A stretch of DNA of 64,000 bases from Phoronis australis (taxonomy: Eukaryota > Animalia > Phoronida): the NCBI GenBank assembly GCA_002633005.1, contig NMRA01000110.1, forward strand, positions 144,791 to 208,790. Direction: 5' to 3'. Position 1 is the first letter of the stretch. Every line of letters begins with the position of its first letter. Made by a program: the position numbers and the translations under genes. Below the pieces are notes generated by a model that saw only the letters and a list, made by a program, of their open reading frames with translations, had not been told where the DNA came from and made no database searches. Positions 1 to 13,653 of the stretch are shown here, piece after piece.

Positions 1-293
1 TTTCAAAACGACGGCAGGATTTTCCTTTGTTAAAAAGGCGGAGAATTACGAAAAATAACTGTGAATGTCGATTCATTCCCGGATTCTGCATGCACCCCTG
101 CAGGTTGTTAGCTCTAAGTTTCACGACGAGGTGGCGAGCTAAGCACCTGGGTTGTGTGAAATTTCGGTGTCTATCGGAGCTCTACACACGACTACCTAGC
201 TGTATGTCGACAACAGTTTTCATACAGCTAGCTCAGTGGCTTTCTACCTCAGTAGGCTATGTACATTTATGATGCAACTTTTGTAAATACATC

Positions 294-443
294 CTGGGGC
301 GGATCCATGATTTTGAGTTGGGGGGACGGCACTATTAGCCAGAATTTTGCCCTTCAGATATTCGCACTCCCGAACTGCCAAATGGAAGCTGGGAGAATTT
401 TATGGGGGAATGGCCCCCTTGGTCCCCTCTAAATCCGCCACTG
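294..443. mobile_element. Short hAT-like MITE
   Basis: Imperfect terminal inverted repeats CTGGGGCGGATCC...AATCCGCCACTG of the CAGGGGCGGATCC type; no clean 8-bp target-site duplication (TSD). Confidence 0.45.
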
Positions 444-446
444 ACA

Positions 447-758
447 TCTATAATCTTTGTGTACTATACAATATTTTAAACGGATTCTTAGTTTTCACTT
501 TAAACTGAAGAATATCTGATTACCGTACTTTGTGTTACGACAGGGTTAAATGTCTGGAAAGAAATTTCTACTGCTTAGGGAAAGAATCCCACAGCCGCAC
601 ACCTACTAAAATCTGACAGGTGACAGAAATTTTGCTTTAAGCTTTGAACACGGTCTCTCAGTGCGATGAGCACTCGATCAGTTCACTCTTAGGGGTTGCT
701 ATTTCCCCTCGCGTTTCCCACTAGCTGCTACCCGTGCGAAAGCATGGGTAACGGCTAG
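447..758 (+). mobile_element. Non-autonomous Helitron (~310 bp)
   Basis: A|TCTATAATC 5' end; 3' hairpin TACCCGTGC-GAAA-GCATGGGTA (729-750) followed by CTAG|T; inserted between A and T with no TSD. Confidence 0.7.
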
Positions 759-2149
759 TGAATGAAATAAAATTGAAAAGTGAATAGATTGGTTCCCCAT
801 CCTCCAACCATCAAATGGTTCCTATGCCTATACCCTATTGCTCAGCCCCTCCACTATGAGGGTAATAAACCAATATTCTAAGTTAACTCCAACCCCTTCC
901 CTTTGGCATCATGGTGGCACAAACACGGAAAACATTTTCCTCTAATGGACCTATTTACTGAAAATCGCATACCGGCCTATGATGTAAAAATTTGTCAGTT
1001 GTACACATCGGCTGTAGATCAAGGGAATTTTGTCTGCATGTACCTTGTGAACGTACATTGTCCGCGGATGAGGTAACAAGTTTTGAAATTCAGTAAGATT
1101 CCAAGTTCAACCACAACAAAAACATGGCCACGTTACACTTCTAGCTGGGTTTATTTCTGGTTACATTCGAAGTCTCCTAGCTCAAAGTTACACAAGATAC
1201 GTACTTCACTCAACTGCATGTCTTGTTTGGTAACAGCTGGGCTGTTTTTCAACAAAAAAAGCTTTTGCTTCAACTTGAAGCTCATGATTCCAGGGTCATA
1301 ATTTGTATTCAATATTAGGCAGCCGGTAGGCAACACCCTGGATGCCGCAGGCATACAGGGGCGGTGAGTACATCCCATAAAAAGTTACGAATTTCAAAAT
1401 ACACGAAACAAAATTAAATGAAATATGCATATATGCACATGGAGTTATAATTAGCACATACCATCAGTCTGGAGAAGATTGAGTCAAGATAATTTGAAGA
1501 AATCGGTGAAAATCTGTCGCGGTTTGCTTGACTTTTCTTGGGGTGCCATTTTGAGGAAGTTATGTGAAATCACTCATTTTGGCGAATAAAAAGTCTAAGG
1601 GACACTAATCTTACAAATTTAACCTGATACCTTCCCACGCTTTTTTGCGTCACGCGCCAGCGTCACGCGCTTCACTAAGTCTCGCGCTATAGCCTGCCTA
1701 TTTTGTAGTTATCGCGTGCGTGGTGAAAAAAGTTAACGGTGACCAAAAAAGTGGAGTTGGAATTCTTCGCCAAAGTCACCTTAATTCTCGTAACTAACTT
1801 AGCTTCACCGAAGATACGTGTAAAAGTAAAAAGGACCACTGAAGAAAGTAAGCTCTTTTTTAAATGATAGGTTTAAGTGTGAATGTATTTTTTACCAGGT
1901 GAAAACTCCAAATCAGTGGCCGGATTTGGCCTACCGCCCGTTTAAAATATATGGGACGAAATTCATATGATCGATGGGAAGTATTGCAGCTATTGCAGCC
2001 TGTAACCGGCAAACCGAGGGGCTACGTGTTGCCTAGGCAGATGGTAGCCCCTAATTACTAGTGTGCCCCACCGGAGCTACGTCGCATGTAAACCGGTGGA
2101 GTTGCCCAATCTTGACTGGTGAGGGTGTTCCTAATGTTGGATATTCTAT

Positions 2150-4330
2150 TCATGCTGTTTTAATCGCTGCGCCACCTACAGGCAGATTGAAAAAGTGCAT
2201 AACACCAGCAAAAGGCTCACCAGGCTCACAAAGTGAGAGACACAGAACAAGCATTTCAACTTATTCTACTATTCCCACTAATCGCTGCGCCATCTGCAGG
2301 GATAGGCTGATAACAAACATTCTGTCAGCTACAGGCTCACAGCTTGAGAAGCGCAGAACCCACATTTCAACTAATTCAACTATTCCCACTAATCGCTATG
2401 CCACCTGCAAGCAGACAGATAAAGCACATGGCGCTGCAAAAGGCTCACCAGGCTCACAACTTGACAGACAGAACACGCATTTCAATTAATTCAACTATTC
2501 CCACTAATCGCTGCTCCACCTACAGGAACAGACTGATAACAATCATGACATCAGCAAAAGGCTCTCAACTTAAGAGACACAGAACAGGGATTTCAACTAA
2601 TTCAACTATTCACACTAATCACTACGCCACCTACAGGCAAATTGAAAAAGTACATGACGCCAGCAAAAGGCTCACCAGGTTCACAAAGTGAGAGACACAG
2701 AACAAGTATTTCAACTTATTCAACTATTCCCACTAATCGCTGCGCCACCTGCAGGGATAGGCTGATAACAAACATTATGTCAGCTACAGGCTCACAGCTT
2801 GAGAAACACAGAACCCACATTTCAGCTAATTCAACTATTCCCACTAATCGCTATGCCACCTGTAGGCAGACAGATAAAGCACATGGCGCTGGCAAAAGGC
2901 TCACCAGGCTTACAACTTGACAGACACAGAACACGCATTTCAACTAATTCAACTATTCCCACTAATTGCTGCGCCACCTACAGGAACAGACTGATAACAA
3001 TCATGACATCAGCAAAAGGCTCTCAACTTGACAGACACAGAACATGCATTTCAACTAATTCAACTATTCCCACTAATTGTTGGGCCGCCTGCAGGCAAGT
3101 CAGTGACTCGAGCAGGTAAATAAAGTTCATCACATAATCAATGGGGTCACCATCTTAGAGACTCCACACACGCATTTCAACTAATTCAACTATTCCCACT
3201 AATCGCTGCGCCACCTACAGGAAAAGACTGATAACAATCATGACATCAGCAAAAGGCTCACAACTTAAGAGACACAGAACAGGCATTTCAAGTAATTCAA
3301 CTATTCCCACTAATCACTGCGCCACCTGCAGGGACAGAGAACCTACATGACATCATCAACTGGCTCACAAGTTTAGAAACTCCCAACACACATTTCAACT
3401 AATTCGACTATTCCCACTAATCGCTACGCCACCTGCAGGCACACCTGATACCAAACATGAAGTCAGCAACAGGCCCACAACTTGAGAGACAGAGAACACA
3501 CATTTCAACTAATTCAACTATTCCCACTTATCGCTACGCCACCTACAGGCAGATTGAAAAAGTACATAACGCCAGCAAAAGGCTCACCAGGCTCACAAAG
3601 TGAGAGACACAGAACAAGCATTTCAACGTATTCAAATATTCCCACTAATCGCTGCGCCACCTGCAGGGATAGGCTGATAACAAACATTATGCCAGCTACA
3701 GGCTCACAGCTTGAGAAACACAGAAACCACATTTCAACTAATTCAACTATTCCCACTAATCGCAATGCCACCTGCAGGCAGACAGATAAAGCACATGGCG
3801 CTAGCAAAAGGCTCACCAAGCTCACAACTTGACAGACTCAGATCAGGCATTTCAACTTAATTCAAGTATTCCCACTAATCGCTGCGCCACCTACAGGAAC
3901 AGACAGATAATAATCATGACATCAGCAAAAGGCTCTCAACTTGACAGACACAGAACATGCATTTCAACTAATTCAACTATTCCCACTAATTGTTGCGCCA
4001 CCTGCAGGCAAGTCAGTGACTCGGGTCTTTCTGTCTCACATTGCCAGTTATACTTTAGATGGCGCTACAATTGGTTGAATTAGTTGAATTAGTTGAATAG
4101 CTCAGTGCTGGATAGGTTGAGCTGACTTGGGATTCGTTGGATTCAACTAATTCAACGATTCCTACTAATCAGTGCGTCACCTGTGGACAGGGAGCTAACT
4201 TACATGATGTCATCCACAAGCACAATGTTAGAGACACCAATCACGCATTTCAACTAATTCAACTATTCCCACTAATCGCTGCGCCACCTGCAGGGGCAGT
4301 TTGATAACAAACGTGATGAAAGCAACAGGC
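2150..4330. repeat. Tandem repeat, ~107-127 bp monomer, ~18 copies, with ~455-bp higher-order unit
   Basis: Core CATTTCAACTAATTCAACTATTCCCACTAATCGCTGCGCCACCTGCAGG recurs near 2252, 2363, 2478, 2590, 2707, 2818, 2936, 3047 and onward to 3960 and 4247. Confidence 0.95.
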
Positions 4331-5994
4331 TTGCATCAGTGGTGAAGACAGGATAAGTTGAGATAAGTTGGGATTAGTTGGGTACAACTAAACATTCTGA
4401 CATGTATGCCCTCCACATGTTAAAACATGTAGAGGGTAGGACTATTATGTTGTACTACTCCGTGGTGCAACTACACTGTAACGACCGTCGGTCTGTGCAT
4501 GCAAAATCTAGGAAATAGCCGACACTCACCTTGCCCTTTGCAGCCGTTTAAGTAAAAAAAATCTAATAAACATCATTTTGTTGCATAATTCTTTGTCTTT
4601 TTTTAACAAAGAAAAGTCCGTCATTGTTTCGCTTGTGACACGCGCACGCGCCATTTATTAATTTGCGACATCTCTCAGGATATGATTACAGCTTCGCAGC
4701 AGCAAATTTTGTTCTAAAATTGAATTTCCTGGTATTAAAATACTGAAAACTTGTAACGAAATAACACCAGTTCCGATAATTTGTTGTGACATGTACTCAA
4801 CCTAGTGGAAGAACAGTAGATTGAGGAATCGGTGAATAAAGAAACTGGCCAATAGGTGATGCAATATTTTATGGCGCCGAAAGCCAAGCAAAAGATCGGC
4901 ATCACAATTTTAGCTGCAGAATAATGGAAGAACAACGCCAATTTTTCCAACACTGCGGTAAATAATTAAGTTTACTCCAGTAAGAGTGTCGTTTTTAGTG
5001 ACTAATTTTTTGTAACATTTTTGGTTATTTTTTACCTGCATCGCTGTAAAGCTGTATACTTAGTATACAACTTTGCACCAAGGCTTGGTGATGCTGCGAG
5101 ATATTTTTTGTTGCTCATACAGATTGTTGCCAGCTTTTGGGCATTACACTCCTATTCCTTTATAATTGTGCATGGGCCCCCTTCAGAGACCGCTTGGAAT
5201 GCACGTGGACCTTTGCCTTTAGATATGTGTGGTTTCACCCGGCCTCTTTCTCCTACATCCAAGACCCACCACTGCATACTGTATGTAAATAGCCACTCGC
5301 CGTGAGTCAAAAATAAGCCCACATATTTGTGAGTCAGGTTGTGTGAGTTCAATGCACTTTAAAATTCAGCGGTATTGAATTTATGACAAAAAAATGAATT
5401 TCCAAAATAGGTTTTCTATCTTCAAATAATGTTTGCACTTTTCCCTCCTCAGAAGCTTAGCTAGCCCTAATTACCAAATTGTACAAATTAATGCCTTCAC
5501 ACAGACGCACACACACACACACCATCACTTTTTGCACCATTTGCTTTGGTTATGCAACTGAAACTAAAAAAATCACCTGGTCACATTTAATTCCAGTTAA
5601 ATCCTGGAATTTAATCTACCCACTGTACCATTTACAGGAACAAAAAACAGGCCTTTTGTTTGATCTTTGCCCAAACATAACTAAGACCTTAACCACTGTG
5701 GGAACAATTCATTCCATGAATGCCTTTGGTTATCTCTTTGGAAATATTGTAGGTATAACAGCTGCCATTGCTTACAATGGATACCTGACCAATTTAATAT
5801 TAGGACAGATCATATCCCAGTCCCAACACTGCTCTGTTGACTAGATGGACTCTGAACAAAAGGTAGAGGCAACAGGGTCATGGACAATGTTAACTTTTAT
5901 CCCTGCAATAGAGGTCTTTTCATATTGGAACTGTCTAAAGTACAAATGAGACCAAGAAAGCAACTCAGATTTGGTGGACAAAAATTCACAACTA

Positions 5995-6628
5995 CCGTAT
6001 TTGCCCTAATAAGCGCCCAAAATTTCCCCAATAAGTGTTTTCAGACTTCGTTAAAAGCGCTCAGCCCATGGATGTGTGCCTTACCTAGATTTCTTAAGTT
6101 CTGCAGTAACATCTTCAATTTATCAATAATATCCGACAGTCCTGAAAACAATCATAGTGCGCGCCAAACTTCTAGACCAAAAGCCTCGCCACTGTGTCGG
6201 TATTTAGCCGTGAATATACACTTCAAACTTCTGCAAGGCTTCAAAAAGAATAAATTTAATTTTTTTGCAGATATCACGAGGTATGTGTCCTACTATGGTC
6301 TGGCTTTTCAGAACAGACAGTATACTTGTCAACGGAAGTGAATCTCGCCATCAGTCGGCAAGTTTTCGCCCTGGGATTTCCCCACAATTTTCTGATAAAG
6401 GATCGTAATTTAATGACAAAGTTTGATAGCAATGTACCACAATTTTGTGGAAAGTCGATCTGTCATACGCTACAGACACGTTGCAGAGCATAAATTTGAT
6501 GAATTCTAGCTTAGGATCTCACCTGTTTCGGACACTGTGTTTTAACAGCCTTAGGCTCCAATAAGCGCACCCGCTCTCCTGAAACGAATTTTTCTAAGTG
6601 CCCTAGGCGCTTACTAGGGCTAATACGG
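5995..6628. mobile_element. Non-autonomous Tc1/mariner (pogo-like) element
   Basis: TIRs CCGTATTTGCCCTAATAAGCGCC / GGCGCTTACTAGGGCTAATACGG; left flank TA, right flank TG. Confidence 0.75.
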
Positions 6629-6892
6629 TGTCTATAAATGAGACCAAGAAAGCAACTTAGATTTAGTGGACAGAAAGTCATAACTATATTTATGTAGCTG
6701 TCCATTAATTTAAAAGCAGCCATTGTCAACCCCTCCCATTGTTAATTTACCTAATTACGGTACATGGCGAATTATTGTATCTGCCATCAATTGAAATTTC
6801 ATCAAGTATGTTGCTCTGACATCAAGTTTTTGTCTGCACTCTACTTACAGGTTGCACTTTTTGTCAAATTGGCAAAAGATTCAACCACAACT

Positions 6893-7562
6893 TCTAGTCC
6901 CCGAAGTGCTAGAAGCCTAAGGTCGTTCATCATGATCAGATTCAAAATGGCGGACGTGTTGGCTATAAGTTGTTTTCGAAGTCAGATTCAAATGCTCATA
7001 GAGGCCGCATTTCTATGCGCCCACATACCTATACGTGGGTGCAAATTGCCTTCATCTCTGTCTGGGCGTCCAGCGTCCGCAGCTGTATCTCTTGAACCCC
7101 TCAAAGTATTTTCACCAAATTTGACGGATGGGTTCATATGAAGATAACGACAGAAGAGGACGAATTTCAGACGGATCTCACTGACTACCGTTGTGCCCCC
7201 TAGTGGCAATTTATTTTTTTACATTTACCTCTGTATGTTTAAAGGTCGTCTACGGATTTTTGTGAAACTTGGCATATAGGCACCTGTTAGTAGGATGATG
7301 CTATATTCCTGTTTTCGGAAGGAGTCAATGTATTTTGCGCCACCTAATGACCATTTTTACTGTTTTTTTGGCATCCGCCTCTCTATCAACCAAACCGCTC
7401 TTAAAGATGATTGTAAAAATTGGCATGCATGTATTTTCTTACTATGAAGAGAAAGCCTGTCGATGACTTTCGGATTAATCTGGCTACTGTGGCACCTCCT
7501 AGTGGCAGTTTTTCATGTGAAGACTCGCTCGTCAGTCACCTTCCGGCGGTGCCTTCTACATT
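6893..7562 (+). mobile_element. Probable Helentron-associated (HINE-like) element, second family
   Basis: 5' hairpin TTCTAG...CTAGAA, CAAAATGGCGGACGTG shared with the main HINE family, internal GCGCCACCTAGTGG-like repeats, 3' CACC...GGTG stem-loop before CTTCTACATT. Confidence 0.4.
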
Positions 7563-7890
7563 AATATAGTGGGCCTCGCTCATAGGCTGCCTTCCAGAAG
7601 GGACCCTATATTAATATCTGGGGCCGCAATCTCTGGCTGCCTTTCGGCGAGGCCCCCTATACTATTATAGGGGACCTCGCTGAAAGGCAGTCGAAAAGCG
7701 GGGCCCTCTATATTAATATAGCGGGCTCCGCTCTCCGGCCGCCTTTCAACAAGGCCCCCTATATTATAAGGGTCCTCACCAAAAGGCGGCCGGAGAGCGA
7801 GGCCTTCTACATTAATATAGGGCCCCGCTCCCCGGCCGCCTTTTGGCGGGGCTCCCTATATTGATATAGAGGGCCTCGCTTTTGAGGCCT
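7560..7890. repeat. GC-rich ~50-bp units in mixed orientation separated by ATATTAATAT palindromes
   Basis: Unit GGCCCCGCTCTCCGGCCGCCTTTCGGCGAGGCCCCCT in the order forward, forward, reverse, forward, reverse, forward. Confidence 0.8.
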
Positions 7891-10800
7891 GAAATTCAAT
7901 TTTTTGCCTATGTCATTTTAATAAGAATAAGTCATTTTAAGTAATAAGCTGTTATATGAACTTTCCAAAAAGTTACCGAAATACGGGACAAATATCGAAA
8001 GGAGCTCGCTTCGTGCAAATTGCATTTGAGTGATCGAGCCAGCAATCCTATCTCAACTCAAAAACTGATTTTTCGCTGCGACCTTAAAATATTGTCGGTA
8101 CACAATGAACTTCCCCTTAGCAAAACCTACATTTTTCAACCGAAACTAGATTACCTCGCTGTGACGTTGAAAAAGATTACAAGTTCACCAAAATGGACTG
8201 GCGCCTTAAATTGTTCCATCTGCACACTTGCACAAAATCTAGAGCTTGCTTTCTGTGATATCGTTCCAACAACTTTGTGGGACGCACAGCCGGAGGGACG
8301 CACTGATAAATGTCGTAAATGCTATGTTCCTACTTCACGTTAAAGAGCGACGAGGGATCAAATTCATGTGATTATCAAAAAACGGAAGAGCAAGTTGTAG
8401 GTATTGGTTCAACGGTTAGTGACTCCATTAACTCGTATTAATAGAAATCAGGTAATAAAAACTGTGTCAAATCAAATCTTTTCTCTAAACATCTGCCAAG
8501 CCCCTTCTGCAAACTGAGATTTTGATGGAGTTAGTTGAGCAGGGTAAGTGTGAACATGAAAAACTTATGGCAAAACATACATCAATCCCTTTAATAGGGC
8601 TAAATATTCAAATTGTAACAAATGTTTTCAGCTTTAAGTCGGTTCCCCACTTAATCAGTTAGCTGATGTTGAGATAAAATTATTGAAAATGCACTGAGAA
8701 CTCCGCTGGCGTAACAGGATCCGCAAATAATGCACGTGCATTACTGAACTGTAGAAGTTTGATGACACAGGGTGAATATTTTCCCACTGTCCTCCATTAT
8801 CGTTTCATCTCCAATTACTACCCAGTTCACTTTCCTAGGATCGCCCTTGACCTTATTAAACTACACGGTGCGACTGTCGTGTACGCCTCTTGTTTGACAG
8901 TCTGCGTGTACATTCTTACACTTAAACGCTGCATTTCGCTACGCACTTGATTACCTTAATGAAATGAAATCTTACGCTGCCGATTATTTACTGAAAAGTT
9001 AAAGAAAAGTGTTACTGAAATTTTCCACAAATAGTAGGCATGCATTAATAAAGCGACTGCACAAATTGCAAAGTTTTGCCGTGGGTTCTTCTGCCCGTGA
9101 CATGTAAGTTGAGGCGGGCTCCTGAGTTGCGCGGGAATCTATTACGTGTTACGCGCGAGGACAACGGGTACCGCCACCCCTCGGTCCATATAGACATAAC
9201 CTGATTTTCCTCGGGATCGCCCCCTAATTGTGACGTGTAATTGTGGACTATGCCTAACGGGAACATATGCTTTACGACTGTCCCGATTATAAGAGTGAAC
9301 CGTTCAGTAAGAAGACAGTATTCATCATCTGTAAAAATAATGTTTCGTGCCACAACCTCTCGTAAGTATCTAACGTTATTAAACAAATAGAGGTCTATAA
9401 TCCCTGCGCCTGCTTCCATTTATGGATAACTAGATGTAAACTATAAGCCTTACCAATGAAAGGCAGACATGGTGGTCCAGGGATTTTCATGAGAACGTTG
9501 CTCCTCCACCGGTAAACTTTATAAACCAGCCATAGCACAGCTAGCGTCACCAAGTGAGTAAAATCAAGCATCCTTCTGCAAATTGAATACTCACATCAAC
9601 ATAAATCTGTATAACAATTTACACGAAGTTTCACTTGTGCATAAGAAAGTGAGCAACACGAAAATGGATGGAAAAGCTCTTATTTTTTGTCACTGGAATT
9701 AAAAAGTGATTCGAAATATTGGGCCGTGTCCATGATTGCGGCAAATGTTTTTGGGACCCCAAAACGGATTTGGTGCAACCGACTCTTGTTCAACCACAAA
9801 CATAACTGGATCAGATTTCATTCGTTATAAAATACAGACGAGATCTCAACAACGCTGCTACAAATTTCTACATTATCATTTCGCTTTAGTTTTATGGAAC
9901 TTAAGATTTTTTTCACGAAAAAAGTCCTATTTTTGGTTGTCCCTCGTGCAAACTTTTTTTTCAAAACAATTCCGAGTGGTGTTGTGAAGAACAAGACGTC
10001 AGTATCTGAAAGTTTCATGTGAATCCATCATGCCATTTCTGAGATATCTGTTCCCAAATTAGTCAAAGTTTGGAGGTTGTCTGTAGTCCTACATAACCTC
10101 ACTGTACATACACTAGGGTTATCTCGCAAGATATCTTATAGGGCATTGACATTGCATGTGACATAACTACATCTTTCCGTAGGGCCAAAGGTACAAATTA
10201 AATTCAAGAAGAACTTATTTTGTAGACTGAGCGTCAGACGTACTCTGCATGCCATATAGGACATGTTCTACGAGACATAGGCCTACATGTACAATATTAA
10301 GAATCACATCCCTGCTCCTGTGAACACAGTTTGTTTTATGCACATGTAAGCTATGCATTTTGTCAAAGGTGTCTTTTGAATACACTTTCGTCCTACAGGG
10401 ATTTTTAATTAAAAAGGTATTTAGCATTGTTTTGAAGGCTTATTCACCCACAGTTGGTTCAATCACCGCTTATGGTAACCGTAGTTCTTCAGCTACAAAG
10501 CCGATCACATGGTTGGCTGAGGGCGGTCTTTTTAAGTACGTCTCGATAAACTTGCTTTCCTAAATAACAAACTTTAAAACTAGAATAACAAGCTTGTTTC
10601 AATTGTTTGATGATTGACAAATTAATGTTTTAAAGTTGAAACGAATGTACTCGTAGTTAACGCCTGTTCATGGGATAAATAAAACAGAGTTTAAAATAGG
10701 AATTTTCGATTCAGCACAGGCTTAAGCAATGTGGCTATTACAGAAAAAGCATTGTCGAATTAATAAAGTTAAAGGCGTTCACAGCACTAAAGCAAAAATA

Positions 10801-11160
10801 ACGCAGTTTAAGACATTTACATACACGTTAACAGACTATTGTGCTTGTTACCTGACACTTTATTAACACGTACTTGATAAACTGTTTGATAGTTTTGACC
10901 CTCCGAAGCAGCGCCCCGTCAAACTTTAAGAAGTTGAAGACTATCCGTTGACCGGGTTGATATACTCTGTTTATCGCTTTTAAATGAAACCCCGGTGCAA
11001 GGTCGCAGGGCGGTGAGAATGCGCTGTGGTCCCGGTACGTCCTGATCACAATTGAAAAACTAGTATTTACTCCCAGGCTTCCAGGTGGCCGGGCCAGATA
11101 TTAACTCAGTTTTAATCTACGCTGTGGAAGACTTTCCGATATTTTACATAACGTGACATT

Positions 11161-11267
11161 CAGTGCTGTAGTGGGGCGTAGGCGCACCCTTTGGCATCTG
11201 AACGTAGTGCCTATGAACCGTAAGTTATGTTCAGTGCTCAAGGTGATACGGTGGGCTTTGAGCGCCT
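11161..11267 (-). mobile_element. Truncated copy of the hAT MITE at 57711-57866
   Basis: Starts CAGTGCTGTAGTGG; internal CCGTAAGTTATGTTCAGTGCTCAAGG closely matches the reverse complement of the 57.7-kb copy. Confidence 0.7.
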
Positions 11268-11633
11268 GGTGACAGTTGGTTTAAGGTAACTCAGTTTTAA
11301 CGGAAAGAATACGTGAGGAGCTCACAGAGTCCAGTCGTCTTGGTTTGGCAGTATGTGAAGGGGCGAAACCGCAGCACGCGGAGTACTAGTACACGGGGGC
11401 GAACTTGTGCCTGTAAAATGTTGAGGCTACGTGTTCGCTTCACTCGAATTTCGGAAAAATATTCAACGTTTGCATCGCTTTTTCGATTTCTCTCGCTGTC
11501 GAATAGTGAGCACAAAACCTAGTAGGCGTAAACGGTAAACACAGGGGGACAAACGAATTGTACCCCCGAACAATATTTGGCTTCGAGAAACAAGCTCATT
11601 TGCAAACTAAAGCCACGACTTGTTAAGACAAAG

Positions 11634-12596
11634 AAAAAACGAGAGCGCTCGGAAGAGCGACACTTGGCGGAATTAACGGAAAAGATGACGACGGAGAAGA
11701 TGATAACGATGATAGTTATGATGATGAAGGTGGCGAGAATGAACACGATGTCATTCATATGACTAGTGAAGATGTAAGAAATCAGTAAGAAATAGGCTAC
11801 AGTCTTGAGCGACACTTGGCGAAGTTAACTGAAAAGACGACGATAGAGATGACGACAGCGATGGAGATGACGACGACGATGATGATTACGATGATGATAG
11901 TGGGGATTATGATCAACACGACAACATTCATATGACTAGCGAAGACGTCAGAAATCAGTAAGAAATAAGCTACTGACTTGTTCAATAGAAGCTAAACCAA
12001 CATCAGTGCAGCAAGACCGGTCAACAAAGGAACAGCGCTATCACAAAATGTCAAATAATTAAAAAAGTAGACGTTCTAGAGAAAAATGAAAAATATCTCC
12101 CGAAAGCCCCTTCAAAACTCTGTCTAACGTGTTAGTTTTGTGAAATTCCGTAAACTTTTTGAAAAAATATTGAAATTTTGCATTTTTTTGAAATTCAACG
12201 TTAAATAATTCGAAAACGGTAAGTCGGAGAAAAAATTGAAAGGGTATGCCTCAGAAAATCCATTTGCGAAATTTCACGTCGTTTTCTCGTCCTGTTTAAA
12301 ATGTCACCCCAGCACGATTGAAAATGGGTCAACATGCACCAGATCCGCCATCTTGAAAGCAATTTCCGGTTTTTAAGTCCAAATAATAGCATGTCATAAA
12401 AAACTAATACTTGAGAAATTGCAAAGGAATTAGTTTGTTAATGCGCCCTCTACAGGAGAAAACGTTTTTTGCCCGAAATCGAGGTGCTCATGCGCAAATG
12501 TCTATATTTCCGCCATCTTTAACCAGAAGTAAATGATTCTGCACAAATGTAGAACATGTAAGGTATAACATACGTGCTGATTTTCAGCCATGTACC
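11634..12596 (-). mobile_element. Helentron-associated non-autonomous element (HINE/DINE-1 type), 5'-truncated
   Basis: Begins with the reverse complement of the family 3' end (AAAACGAGAGCGCTCGGAAGAGCGACACTTGGCGGAATT); body homologous to the copies at 25.3-30.6 kb. Confidence 0.8.
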
Positions 12597-13653
12597 TATT
12601 TTTCTATTTTTTCTAGATTCATACATAACGTCAAAACATACAAAATATACATGTAGATAAGAGCATCTATCGTTGACTATTCGACAAGGGATAGCTGCTT
12701 ACATTACACCTCGTGAATACTTGAATGGTTTGCATTTAAATCGATAAAACTTAAAATTTTAAGCATTTCATTTCTCTAAAATAATAACACACGGGATCTA
12801 AATTGTTTTTAAAATTCCATTTTTAAACTATGGTGCTACGTACGCATTCAGCCCTTTGTAGTGAAAGTCCAGCAGCGGTTTTACGAGTTTCACACTTAAC
12901 AGTTAGTCATATGCGAGTATGAACTCTCCACTGTGCAGTTAAGACCTATACTATTGCGCGTGAACTATAATATGTCCACCACAGCGTGCACAAATGGGTT
13001 CCATCGAAAATGCAAAATGCTCGTGCTTACATCCTTTTCACTAAAAACAAAGAACGTCGCTGACGTTAGTGGCTCTTCCAAAGCAAATTAAAATTAGCCG
13101 CAGCAATGCAATTCATTTGATGGAAACGCTCTTTTGGGAAACTAAAACCAATTCACTGTGGAAAGCAATCTAATGGACCAGGTCTGATGCAATACCAAAC
13201 TGTAAGTTCATCTCAAGCTTGGAAATCATTTTTTAATCTTAGTAAGGAACAAAATAAGATAATTTCGAAACAGTAAGAGGTCAAAAGTTGTTTTCTATGA
13301 TAAAGTTTGGGTTTATTGCCTGTTTCCCGGAAGTCAAGTGCGACCATACTCACAAATTCACCTATCTACTGAAAGCGAAACCTGTACCATGCGGATGCCT
13401 GAGTGTAGACTTGTGGAACATCATTACTCCTCAATATATTTTGACTGAAACTGTCATTGTTTTATCGGTTGTAGGTGAACGATTTCCCACAATCCATTGT
13501 AAATGTCACGTTTCATTCTAACGTTAAAAAGGTCCATGATCAAGGGAGTGCAAATCGCATCCATCGACAATGTGACATGCATGTCCTTGAATGGCTGAGA
13601 CTAACGCAAAACAATGAATTCTTCATTTTACAAGCCATGTGTCTTTTACTACC

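Noticed and set aside
2150-4330. CRISPR-like appearance (constant core plus variable spacer) and the repeat-encoded ORFs
   Set aside because: Spacers are homologous to one another and recur periodically, there are no cas genes, and the context is eukaryotic. The ORFs are translations of the repeat.
9045-9419. 124-aa ATG-initiated minus-strand ORF
   Set aside because: No recognisable motif or splice context; may be transposon-derived, but this cannot be supported.
11519-11985. Hydrophobic and acidic ORFs that look like membrane proteins
   Set aside because: Translations of the (GAT/GAC) low-complexity tract inside a HINE copy.
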